Shown here: piece by piece, positions 11,585 through 24,060 of the stretch
How the letters are laid out: every line of letters begins with the position of its first letter
Numbering within the stretch: position 1 is the stretch's first letter
DNA from: Carcharhinus amblyrhynchos
Taxonomy: Eukaryota
Length of the DNA stretch: 64,000 nucleotides
Direction of reading: 5' to 3'
Assembly (NCBI GenBank): GCA_965287045.1
Contig: OZ336871.1
Coordinates: 54,126,001 to 54,190,000 of the forward strand
Position numbers and translations under genes: made by a program
The notes under the pieces: model-generated
The model's database searches: none
Told to the model about the DNA's origin: nothing
The model's input: only the letters and a program-made list of their open reading frames with translations

Positions 11585-12848
11585 CTAAATGGAAGAAATG
11601 GAGGAATGGTTAGACATGATTTATCAAACCTCACGTTAAAATTCAACACTGACTCCATTCAGACCACAAATAATTATGCAGTTATTACAATAAATTGCAA
11701 GTACATCTCATGATTTTTGGAGGCAACAAAGTGCCTGAAGCATATGTAACATAATCATATTTTAACTAACCAAACTACTGACAATTCAGATACATTTCTG
11801 CTTGCCTGATACGAAGTGCACACTCTTGGGCCCAGATGGTGAGTATTGCACGTGCATTACTTTCCAAACAGTCCACCAGTTTTTACCTCTTGCCATCTTT
11901 TAAAGGTATAATGTTTGCTGGCATTTAATTGTTGAATTTTGCTTTCTGATAGGATTCCATATTCTGATTCTTTCCTTTTTTTTCCTTCTTTCCTCCATGC
12001 TGTTTGGTTCGCTCCAATTTAGGGAGTGAGTTATTTGCCAAAGATCCACAATGAAAACATTCACGTTTTTTCTCCATAGAAGCTGCAAATCTTGGTTGCC
12101 AAGATTTCAGCTTTCATTTTAGATCTCTAGTTCTTCAAAGGAAGTAAATGTAGGACAATCATTTTTATCAGACCAATCTATATATATGTGTGTTCTTACA
12201 AATAATGTAACTTGCACCATGACACTCCAATGCATTGTTCACACAGCTCAATAGAGAGTGAGGGACTGGACCTACCATTTCCATGTAATGTAGAAAGGTA
12301 CAGAGTGAGGTTCAGACATTTCCCCAGAATTGCAATATTCATCATAGACTGAAAAGGAAGTCAGTAAAACTGCACCTCTCAACAGGGCATGTTGGTGAAT
12401 ATGGAGCAATTTAGAAAGTAGCCAAATGGGAAGTGCATTCATCCAAATCACAGTAGGTTTCACAAAGTCATATCTTTACTATTCCAGATAATGGTAACAA
12501 AAGAAATTGCAAGTTGTCAAATAATGAGGTTGTCATCTTGGCTGGACTATCAAAAGGGAAAACAAATGGACTGATGTGTGCAATTTTTCCATACAGGAAA
12601 AACAGGTACAGACCAGAAAATCCAAGGTTTCATTGTTTGTGCTAGTTACTTGATCCCCTTGGGGATAGGATTTGACGTTCAATAATTGGCCTTAATGCCA
12701 ATATTAAGCACCTCCAATCAGCTGGTTGTAGAATGGCATTAAAATCCTGTGAGCAAGCTTTCTGCCTTCTCTTAGGCTAAACAGCATGTGGCCTAAAGGG
12801 GACATAGTAAAAAAGAGTTCTAATCATTTCTTTGTTAAAAAAAAATAC

Positions 12849-13005
12849 CTTTGCCATCAGCATTGTTGCAAAGCCACCTTGATAATCATTAGCAGAAGGG
12901 ACACCATCCATCACTCCTGGTACTGGGTTGTAGGTGTCGCTTGACCAGCATCGGCCTGAGCTCATATTCAAAATTTTTGCCAGTAGCTTCGGGTCAAGCC
13001 CCAGC
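12849..13005 (-). CDS. HIBADH: 3-hydroxyisobutyrate dehydrogenase, penultimate exon (exon 7 equivalent)
   Basis: Acceptor ctttttgacAG, donor GTattt; 157 bp; (R)[52 protein letters not shown]. Confidence 0.98.
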
Positions 13006-15207
13006 CTGTCAAAAAGTTACAGATGAGTAGTTTTAAGGTCAAAGTGCAGGTACGGCTGACCAGTTATCTGCTGTTTGACCCCACATAACCATTTGTCTCG
13101 TTCTAGCAAGCATCTTCGAAAATAATACTGCATTTATACTGGATTTATGACATGACATTAAAGTGATTCTAACTCAGCCCAGCATATACAAATTGAACCA
13201 AGCTATTAAATGCATGGTCAATAAACTTTAAAGAGACAGTTCTCTCTGGATTGCACAGGCTGGATATAAATAGTGTCAAAATAACATCCGCACAACAGTC
13301 CGTTGTTTCAGAAATTGTTGAATCTTAGCAACTAATCAGTCAATAAATATTTCTCTCAGGGTTGTAAGAGGTAACACATACAAACAGATTCTAATATGTA
13401 TCTTTATTTTCTGACTCAATCTATATGGTTACCCAAAATTAAACACACGATCCACATTTCCTCTGATTTTTAAAAACAGGAAACATGTTTCAAACCACCA
13501 GCTCACTATGGGGATGGTCATCGTTGCATGTTTTACACCAGGCGAACACTGAAACGTCAATGAAGTTAAAAGCTACAATCATGACTGTTGTTAAAAGTTG
13601 CTCAAAATAGAAAATTCACCAACACTGCAGTTTACCTACAAATCTTAAACTCAGTGGTTGGACATCAAACATAAAATTGCAAATTCAGTGACAATGTTTT
13701 GCAGGCATTGGCGATAAGCATCTGGGGGAATGCTTCTTTTGGACCTTCTGGCAAGGTTTAGAACTTTGACATGAAGTTGCGAAAAATGCTTTAACATTCA
13801 GTTAAAGCACAAAGGTATGTTACGTTTTGAGAAAGAAAGCACAATAAAATGTTCATTGTGGTAACAAGGCTATTAACTTGGAAGTATACAAACAGATAAA
13901 TGAAATGACTAACTGTGATTATAATCAAACTATTATTACAAATATTATGAATGGCAGACAGTGAGGTACAGCACAGCGCTTTACTACATGAAAGGTCAAT
14001 AATAATTAGGCTTATAAATCGGTGACATTTTGAGAGAAGCAATTTGTCAAATCTACATACGAGAATTTCATATTTACATGGTCTTTATCTGAGACTATCA
14101 AATGCTCTCCTCATGCAAAAGCACCAAGTGGTGACTAACAGTGTGGAGTAGCATAATACAAGGCACATCTTCCTGGCTATTACAAATAGATTTCCCAAAA
14201 TAGTCCAATATAAATAATTCAATTTTTGACATCTGCTCGTATTTTTGCAGGTAAAGAGAGTTACATTACACAGGAAAGCTACAGAAGGGTATAGGCAGGG
14301 TACTACAGCAAGGAAGCCCTCTACAAGTGTCCAAAAAAATACAATGCAACCAGTCAGTCTACAGACCACTTACACATTGGGACCATAAATAAACAGGTCA
14401 GTGCTGACCCATCATTAGGTACATACATACACACATGAAATATCTGGTCAGGCTAACCTCCTGTTCAGTCCATAGTCCCGAAAACCTTTATAGCTCTTCC
14501 ATCGATACTGAATCAGCCAGAGATATAACATCTATGTACTGGTTGAAATCTTGTATGACATCCTCACACAGCAAAGTGAAGGAAGTATTTCCAGAAATTC
14601 CAACAAGCTCTAGTCAGAAGAATGTTGTATGTTGCCAAGTCTAACAATTCAGAACCAGATATATTCAACACAGCCAGGCAGAAACCACATGGCTGTGAAT
14701 CACTGACACCACTGAGAAGGTGGTACAAGTTGTAAGCAATGAGGGGTAAGAACATAAGAACAAAAGCTAAACATCATAGAACCTCTCCATAGTGGAAAGA
14801 GCATGCTGGCCACAGCGCACATAGTGGGAAAGAATTACCTGCACTGTTGAGCATCTTGGTGATAGATGCAATGATTTCACCTCAGGATTCCTTGGAACAG
14901 ACAGTCTCTGACAAAGTCAACTTCAAAGTTTGTGCATCAGCATTCATCGCAACAGCAGATACCCAGTGAAATGTAACAGCATGCACTCTTAAAAAGCAAC
15001 ACAAACCACGGCTGTAGTCTTCCTGACACTGTAGAGGTATTGATGCAGTACCCAGCGTGAGGGTACAATACAAACAGCTGCTGGATTGAGTTTGACTGAC
15101 TTTGCAATAGGATAAAGGCAACAGTGATACAGGGATACCGGGACCTGATTGCTGCTTAAGATTTTCAATGAACTCTAAGTAGCAAAGTAGAAAAATGATT
15201 TTTAAAA

Positions 15208-18200
15208 AGTTTTGCTCATAGGATGTGACAAGGCCAACACTTACTGTCCACTCCTAACTGCCCACGAGAAAGTGGTGGTGAGCTACTGCAGTCCGTATGA
15301 TGTAGATCAAACCACATTGCTGTTATAGAGTCACAACTCATCAGAAGGAAGCTGCTCTACTCATTGAGTCTCTACAGACAAATCCTGGCAGTCTCATTGC
15401 TTTGCTTTATCCACATTGCCCTGCAAGTTCATTTCGCTCAAGTAACCATCCAATTTTCTTTTGGAATTACTGATCATGTCTGCTTTCACCATCCACCTAG
15501 ACTGTCAGTTCCAGATCATTGCCATTTGCTGCTTTAAGAAGTTCATCCTCACACACCCACTGGGTCACTTGCTTAAAACCTTGCACTTATGTCCCCTAGC
15601 TCATGCATTAATAAGCTAAAAGGGGAGAGCTTTTGCTTATCTACCATATCCAAACATGTCATAATCATGTACACTTCTATCAAATCTCCTTTGCTCGGAG
15701 AACACCACCAGCTCCTCCAACCAATTCCTGTAGCTAAAATCCCTCTTCGCTGGAACCATTCTGGTCAATTTCCTCCTTGGGACCCTCATTCCTAAAGTAT
15801 GGTAACCAGGACCAGATCCAAGTCCAACCAGAGTTTTATAAGATTCAGGTTCACTTTACTGCTTTTGTACTCAATGCTTCTTACTTATAAAGCCCAAGAT
15901 CACATATACTTTGCTAACTATCCTCTCGATACATCCTGCCACGTTCAAACCTGTATGTATGCAAATAAACCCTAGAACCCTCCGTCTCTGCACACCTTAA
16001 AGAACAGTTCCATTATGTCTATATCGCCTCTCCCTATACTTTCTATCAAAATGCAACACCTCCCACATCTCTACAACAAATTCTATGATTTGTTATGTGG
16101 CAAGTTCCTGGATTTGACCCAGTGACAGTGATGTGCGACTTGAAGAGGAAGTTGTAGATGGTGTTCCCTTGCACTTTTTATCCTTGTTCAACTAGATGTT
16201 AAAGGTCACTGGTTTGGAGACCTTGATGAGTTGCTGCTATGAATCTTGTATATGATGCACACAGCAGTCGTGGCACCCTGTTGATTGCAAGACTGAATAA
16301 TTAAGGTATGGGTGTGGTGTCAACCAAGTGGGCTGCTTTGCCCTGGAAGGTGTAGGGCTCCTTGAATGTTGTTGGAGCTGCACTCATCCAGACAATTGTA
16401 GAGTATTCCATCACACTCCTGACTAGTGCCTCGTAAATGGCAGATATTTTTGGAGAGAACACCTAGCCTCTGACCTGATTATGTAATTACAGTAGTAATA
16501 TCGTTGGTCCAGTTAAATTTCTGGTCAATGGTGATCTCCAGTATAACGATGGGGGCAATTCAGCATGTCAAGGGGAGATTCTCTCACTGAAGTTGGCATT
16601 GCCTGGCACTTACCAACCCAAGCCTGAATATTGCTCAGGTCTTCCAGCATGTGGATGCAGACTGATTCAGTATCTGGAGGAGTTGCGAATGGAATTTACC
16701 ACTTTGCAATAATCAGCAGGCATCTTAACTTTGGCTTTATGATGACGGGAAAGTCATTAACTAAGCAGCCAGATATGGTTGGAACCAGGACTGAGGAACT
16801 AATTCAGCAATGTCTGAGAACTGAGATAAACAACCAGGACCATCTTCTTAAATGTTAGTTACAACTTCAACCTGTGAAGAGTTTTCTTCTGATTTCCAAT
16901 GATTTCAGTCCTACCAAGCCTCTTCAATTAAACGCTGTCTTGATGTCAAGAGCAGTCATTCTCATTTCACCTCCTGAATTCAGCTCTTTAGTTTGTTTCA
17001 CACAGGGTTGTAATGAGGTCAAGACGTGACAGGTCCTGACAGAACCCAAACTGAGCATTGGTTATTAAGTGCAGTTTGATAGCACTGTCACTGACAACTT
17101 TCATCATTTTGCTCACAGTTGAGAGTAGACTGATGGGACAGTAATTGTCTGGGTTGGATTTGTCCTGGTTTTAGTAAACAGATCAACTCTATTCAGCAAT
17201 TTTTCCAGTTTCTTGAGTAATATACTGGAACATCTTGGCTAGAGGTGGGGTTAATTCTGGAGCACAAATGTTCAATGCTGCAACTGAGATAATGTTTGAT
17301 CTTTAGACTTCGCTGTATCTAGTGTACTCAACCATTTCTTGACATTACATGCTATTAATAAAACTGCCTGAAGATTGACATATGTGATACTGGGACCTCA
17401 GGAGGCCAAGATGGATCATGCACTTAATGATTGTTGCAAAAGCTTCATCCTTCTCTCTTGCACAGATATACTGCTTTCCACTATCATTAAGCTTGAAGTT
17501 ATTTAAGGAACCGTCTCCCATTAGTTGCTTAATTGTCCACCTTAAAGAGTGGATGTGCCAGTACTGCAGAACTTTGATCTGATGTACTGGTTTGTGGAAT
17601 TGTTTAGCTCTGTCTATAGCATACTGCTTCCACTGTTTGGCTTTGCTTGTTGTTCTGTGTTACAGTTTCACCAAGTTGACACCTCATTTGCAAATATGAC
17701 TGCTGCTGCTCTCATCCTACATTCTTCATTCATGGTTTGATGGTAATGGTAGAATTAGGGATATGCCAGATAATAAGATGAAAGATTGCACTGGAATACA
17801 ATTCTGCAGTTGTTGATGGCATGTAGATGTCCAAGTTTCGAGTTGTTGAATTTAATCCGAATCAATCTCCATTTGCTATGGTGGTACTGAGACACAATGT
17901 GATGGAGGATGTCCTCTTGTGAGAGCTTTGTCTCTACAAGGACTTTTACCATGGCTACTGAGCAATATGACATTGGATTGGTGCATCTGCAACAGGTAAA
18001 CTAGTGAGGATAAAATCAAATCGGGTTTCCTTTGCTCCGGTTCTCTCATCACCTGCCACAGGGCTAGTCTGATAACTGTGTGTCTCAGGACTCAGCCAGA
18101 TCAGCAGTACTGGTGCTACAGAGCCACTCTTGGTGGCGAACATTGGAGGCCTCCACCCAGAGTACATTTTGTGCTCTTGTTACCCTCAGTGTTTCTTCCA

Positions 18201-18400
18201 CATCACATTCAATGTGGAGCTCTGATCTAACAGCTGAAGGAGGGCAGTATGTGATAATCAGTAGGAGGTTTCCTTGCCAACATTTGATCTGAAGAGACTT
18301 TGTGAGGTCCATAGTCAATGTTGGAGATTTTTTGAGTCACTGCTGCATCACCAACTGTTGGTGTACTGCTGTGCATCTTCTCTGGTGGATTCGCTCTGCC
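15208..18400 (-). mobile_element. Long decayed LINE of the CR1/L2 group (endonuclease to 3' UTR), interrupted by a CR1
   Basis: EN motifs LLLIITYCPPS and RAQNVLWVEASNVRHQEWL (~18120-18270), TIYEALVRSVMEYS (~16400-16440), 3' UTR at 15208-15325 matching 31705-32205 family. Confidence 0.8.
15325..16085 (-). mobile_element. Decayed CR1 3' fragment nested in the previous LINE
   Basis: gagtacaaaagcagtaaagtgaacctgaatcttataaaactctggtt (EYKS..NLYKTLV) on minus strand; CR1-like 3' UTR. Confidence 0.7.
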
Positions 18401-18421
18401 ACCTCTGGTGAGACATGCCAT

Positions 18422-18514
18422 AATAAGAAGTCTCACAACACCAGGTTAAAGTCCAACAGGTTTATTTGGTAGCAAACGCCACTAGCTTTCGGAGCGCTGC
18501 TCCTTCATCAGGCG
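18422..18514 (-). mobile_element. Very short, young Penelope-like 3' terminal fragment
   Basis: aagaagtctcacaacaccaggttaaagtccaacaggtttatttggtagca identical to 30017-30066. Confidence 0.85.
18480..18514 (-). ncRNA. Minimal type I hammerhead ribozyme motif (Penelope-associated)
   Basis: Minus strand CGC CUGAUGA A GGAGC agc GCUCC GAAA GC UA GUG: intact core boxes, 5-bp stem II, palindromic stem III (AGCU), stem I CGC/GUG. Confidence 0.7.
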
Positions 18515-19339
18515 ATGACTGGAACTGCATTACATTGTTAGGAAAAATAGGAGGTCACTTGTTACTTGGACGGTGCAACTGGGGAAGAGGGACAAAGGAT
18601 CCAGGAGCTATGAATACACCAGTGAACTAAAGTGTATCACAGGTTAGCAATGCCACAAAAAATCTTATTTTGTTTCTTATGAGGGCTGTAAAGGAACTGG
18701 CTTGTCCACACCAACTCCAACAAAAGCTTAACATTTACATCACACGCATCTTTTTTGTGAATGGATTATGTGCACACTTCTGTCATTTTCTGTTTCATTA
18801 CTTATTTTCTACTTGTGTGAAACTATGAAAAAAAACTGTAAAAAGTGTGGGATAAATGGCTTTATAAAATCCAGGTGTCATTATGTAAGTAATATCTGTT
18901 AATTGCAACGTAACTGTACTGTTGGTTCCTTCAGCGAGTCTTTTAAGAATATAAACTGTGGCAATTTGGTCATGCCCCAGTTAACTGCAATTTAATTCTT
19001 TTTCAGCTCGCTCAGAGACAACTGGAATCTTTCTGTAGTTTCCCTGATGGAATTGTTAGTTTTATTTGTTTTGAGTTTAGATTATTAGGGTGGTACGGCA
19101 GAAATCAGGAGTGATTATTACTGTGTGATAATGAAAGATTTAAACCCTGATTAACCTTAATTATAGGTTGCTGTTTTTTTCCTCATTGAAATCAAAGTCT
19201 AGGCTTATTTCCAGAGGGAAAAAATGGAAAAGTGAAGTTATACTAAGCCTGTATTGCAACTTGCTCATGCATACCCACACATTTCCTGGCATCATCCTTG
19301 TAAATTCTGCACCTTTGTAAATTCTACAGTTCCAGTCAT

Positions 19340-20960
19340 CCCATTATTAAAAGGATCTAGAAACAGTGGAAAGGAGGCAATCAAGGCTTACAAAGATGAT
19401 AACCAGAAATGTGAGAATCTACACAAGATAAAGTCTCTATTTCCTCTCTTGCGGAAAAAAAGAGAAGGGTGAGCAATGAATTACAAGAGGTCTTTAAACT
19501 TGCAGAAGATTTTGATAGATTGGAAGGGTTTTACTCATGGAGCACAGCATAACCAATTCATTGGGAGTTTAAGAGTTTAATTGATTTATTAGAGTTCCTT
19601 GAAGGAGTAACATGTGCTGTGAATAAAAGGGAGACTGTAGATGTACTGTACTTGAACTTTCAGAAGGCATTTGTTAAGATGCCACGTCAAAGGCAAATGT
19701 GAAATAAAATCTCGTGGTTTGGGGGGTAACATAGTATCATGGATTGAAGATTGACTGACTGACAGAAAACTGCAAGTATGCATAAATGGGTTTTTGTCTA
19801 AATGGCAGGATATGATGAGTGGAGTAAACTTTATTACAGTTTATACCTAGACTTAGATGAGGGGAGTGAAGGCATGGTTGCTACATTTATAGATGAATAG
19901 GTACGGAAGTAGGTTGTGAAGAAGATATATGGAGCTTGCAGGTGGATACAGAAAGGTTCAGTGAATGGGAAAAAAAAATCAGACAGATGCAGTACAATGT
20001 GGGAAAATGTGACAATGTTTACAATGGCAGGAAAAACAAAAAAAAACATTTAAACAGAGAATGGCTGCAGAATGTCAAGGTGCAGAGGGATCAAGGTGTT
20101 CTTGTGTATGAATCATTAGTACACAGGTGCAGCATGCAATCAATAAGTCTAATGGAATGCTACCTAATATTACAAAAGGAAGTGAATATAAAAAAAACGA
20201 TTTTATAGTTCAATTGCACGAGGCATTGGTAAGACCACATGATGAATAGTCTGTGCAGTCTTGGTTTTGTCAAGGAAGAATGTAAATGCCTTGAAATGTG
20301 GTTCAGAGGTTTACCAGATTAATGTCTGGAAAGAGCTGTTATTTTTATGAAGATAGGCTGGATATTGAAGGAATGTTTCCTCTTGTGTATGAATGTGGAA
20401 CTAGGATGCATTGTTTAAAAATTAGGGGTCACCCTTATAGTACAGAGATTAGGTGAAATCTTTCCTCTGAGAGCCAAGTGACATTGGAACTCTGCACTAG
20501 ATGGCAGTGGAAACAGAATCATTGAATATTTTTGAGAAGAGGTAGATAGATTGTTAGACAAAGGAATCAAAGGTTATTGGCACTAGATGGGAGTGTGGGA
20601 CTCATAACACAAACAAATCAGCCATGTTCTTAATAAATGACAGGCTTGAGGCACTGAATGATCTACTTCTACTCCTATTTTGTTATGCTGGTATAACAAT
20701 ATAGTTACCTAGAAATCCAAAATAGAATTCAAATGAATCATCCTTATCCAAAGAGTGACGAGAATGTGGAACCTACTATCACAGGGAGTTGTTGAAGTGA
20801 TTATAGGTGCATTTAAGGGGGAAACTAGACAAACATTTGAGTGAGAAGGAAACAGAGGGTTATGACAACAACTTCAGGTGAGGAAAGATGGGAGGAGGCT
20901 TGAGTGGGAAAAAAACTGGGTTAAATGACCAGTTTCTGTGCCGCATATCCTATGTATGCA
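19340..20960 (+). mobile_element. Decayed CR1 RT/3' UTR (19556-20695) nested in an older CR1-type 3' fragment
   Basis: ETVDVLYLNFQKAF, MQYNVGKC, QRDQGVLVYES; tail tcagccatgttcttaataaatg..ctactcctattttgttatg; outer piece gagaatgtggaacctactatcacagggagttgttgaag. Confidence 0.8.
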
Positions 20961-22739
20961 ATCTGACTCTGAAAAGGGATGTTTCAAAAGTAATTCATTG
21001 ATTGTGAAGTGCTTTGATATTCTCAGTGCAATAAAACACTACTATAATGTTAATGTGCTCTTTTTCTATGATCCACAACACCTTCGTGCTGAGATTATCA
21101 GATATTAAATCATGAGTAATAAGCCCTTTGATTGAGCAAAGTCTTTCTTTTTGGTTCCCGCCAGAGATGGTGAACCCTTATTACCACGTCCACCTGGCTG
21201 TTTATAATAACTGTGACCAATGTGCAATGTCCCACACAGGGTGCAATTTCAAATCTTATCTCCCACCCATCAGCAAAATCCTATCATCTTCATTTTCACA
21301 ACACTGAATGCTTCTATGAACCGGCTGCTGCAACAACTCACGTGCATATTTCCATTGTCCACTAAATTCAATTTCTTTAATGTCCTCTTTGCTGGTTACA
21401 TCATCATCCAAACATCACTACCAACAACAAGGCCTGTACACCAATCATTCACATGTTCAAAGACTGAGGCTGAGTAAACTAACCTTTTCCTTCTTTTTAT
21501 CAATTGCCACACTAAAGTTTAGAATAACAAAGTACTTCAATAAAATGGAAAGTGTGCTTCTCATGGTCGAATGTTCGCAACTCAATGAAGAAAATAATGA
21601 GAATCGATGCATCTGCCCCTCAATCTACTCTAACGAAGGAAAAGAAATAATGAGTTTCTTTTCTCTTCCAAAAACTATTTATTTTTAGAAGGAAAAATCT
21701 AGTTTTTATTACAACACATTGATGATATGAAGTGAATTACGTCATGCTGAAATAATGCCAAGTATGAAAAGGTTAATGATCATTATTGGTTACACAAATA
21801 TTTTCATCTAAAGGCAAAAGCTAATATTAATTCGGATGGATCCTCTAAAATCATCATACCGTACATTTTTACAGCATAATACTATGAACTGCCCAAATAC
21901 CCACGTCCAAACTCTCCATTTCATGGGTGACTGCAGTAATAAGTCTTGCCATCTGTGCAGTGTTGTCCAACTCAGCTTGGGCTGCAGCCTGGTCAACCAT
22001 CACGTCTATTCAATTGAATAATTGAACATGCAATGCTGCACATAGAATATCAACTGTATTTGGAGTATCGCTGTGACAGATAGCTACTTCCCACAGAAGC
22101 CTAAGCACAGGAATTCTCTTTTATGGGTACTAATATCCTCCCTACATGGGAGATATTTCACATTCTATTTTCTCTTTAAAGATTATAAGGGAACCTGCAT
22201 TGGGATGGATGAAAATTCCTCCAATGGTATCAGAGACTCTTTATATGCCAAATTGACAACACTAACATTCCCTTGCTGTTTCAAGTGGTTGTAATGATGG
22301 TAGCTCTAGATGCGTAATGGGCCAAGCCCAACTGCTTCATTCTGAGAAATATAGTACATTCTACTAGCCAGTAATGTGTATATTTTAATCTTCAAGAAAA
22401 TATAATGATAACCCAAAACAAAGACACACTATATTTCTTTGAATGAGTATCACTTAAATCTTAACTGAATACTTCTGCTTCAAAAGAGCTAACCAACCTC
22501 CCAGGATGAAACTTGGATGGTGACCCTGAAAGTGACATTTGCAGACACACAGATGGGGACTGAAGATCAAGTTCTGGCAATATCTAAGCATGCGTCGACA
22601 AACACTTGAATTTAGCAGGTTTGTGACGATGCTAAAATCACACAGAACTTTCAGCACCCTGTCAGCAAACATACAGATATTATTCAACTAATGCTTCAAT
22701 ACATGATTTCTCATTTGAAATACTTGTACCAGTGGGAGC

Positions 22740-22980
22740 CCATTCATCTCATCCACACTATATAGCAGTTAAAGCACAGAAATTACTCATCTGGTCTATG
22801 TTAGTGCTTACACTCCACACCAGCCACCTCTCACTCTTCCAGCATATCTGCCAATTCCATTTCATGCACTTAACTAGGTTATAAGGTGTGCCATTTGCCT
22901 CAACCACTCCATGCAGCTGGCAGCAGGTTCCACATTCTAACCACACTCTGGATAAAGCAGCACTATAAATTAGGTAAGCC
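22740..22980 (-). mobile_element. CR1 3' fragment
   Basis: Minus strand ccagagtgtggttagaatgtggaacctgctgcc..ggagtggttgaggcaaat (QSVVRMWNLLP..GVVEAN). Confidence 0.65.
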
Positions 22981-23404
22981 AACCAATAGGTAGAGATCCA
23001 TGTCCGGCTTTCAAAACTACAACCACTCTTTATTCACTCAGACCTACAATTCCTATATTAACAATACTGTTGCCCATTTTCATAGCAAGCTGATGTAATT
23101 TATCTTGAAACATAAAAGCTGTGTAGTATAGTACAGAATTCAGTACACATGCCAATGGCATTCATATAGTCTGATTCTGATTCTGTTTTAATGTAAATTG
23201 CTGCTGTCCCAAAAATGTTTTTGGTAAAGCTGATTTCAGGGGAGGCTTGCATCAAATAGGAAGATTTTATCTTAAGGGCGGCCATTTGTCTGCTGCCTTT
23301 CTTCTTTGATCTCTAACGACTTATCAATGAAAAAGGATTGTTCTGCCTTGATTCACATCTGACAGTAAAAGAGATGGCGATAGCCCTGCCACTGCAGCCT
23401 TGCA

Positions 23405-23655
23405 ATTTTCTTTGTTCATGAGATAGGAACATCACTAGCAAGGCCAGCATTTATTGTCCAATCTCAATTTCCCTTGAGATGGTGGTGAACTGCATTCTTG
23501 AATTGCTGCAGTCTTTGTCCACACGCAGGGTTATTCAGTACGGAGTTCCAGGATATAACTCATTGACAATGAAGGAACAGAAACCATTTCCAAATCAGGA
23601 TGCGAGACTTTGAGGTGAATTTGCAGGTAGTGGTGTTACCATGTGCTTGCCGGCT
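23405..23655 (-). mobile_element. 3' end of the CR1/L2-group LINE family also at 15208, 30962, 31705
   Basis: aaggccagcatttattgtcc..cccttgagatggtggtgaactgc..ggagttccaggat. Confidence 0.75.
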
Positions 23656-23859
23656 CCCACTATGGAATTCCCAAAGTCCCAAAGTACCATCACTTAAATG
23701 CAATTCATAATACTGGACTGAATATTTATAGCCACATCGCTGTAGGGGCGATGCAGTAAAATGCAGCCATTTTCAAAGGTTCATTGACTCTGGACGAACC
23801 AGAAATTCCTGGCAGAGGAAAAATTCTGCCCATTGTGTGCAGATTGGATTTGATGGTTA

Positions 23860-24060
23860 TCCAGTGACACATGGTGATCTGCAACCAGAGATGCCAGTTG
23901 ATGATCAAGTTTGCCAGGAACAACCATCATTGCTGACACATACACTTGGGCTCGCACATAAGGAATGATCACTTATGTTAGATGTCAGCAGGCAGCATGT
24001 GCTATCAAAGCTTAATCCAGTGAGAGGCAGTACCTTCAGCAAAGGACAGAAAAATGTGAG
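23860..24060 (+). mobile_element. Old SINE-like fragment (same family as 4130-4400)
   Basis: ggttatccagtgac..ggctcgcacataaggaatgatcactt..accttcagcaaaggacagaaaaat. Confidence 0.45.
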
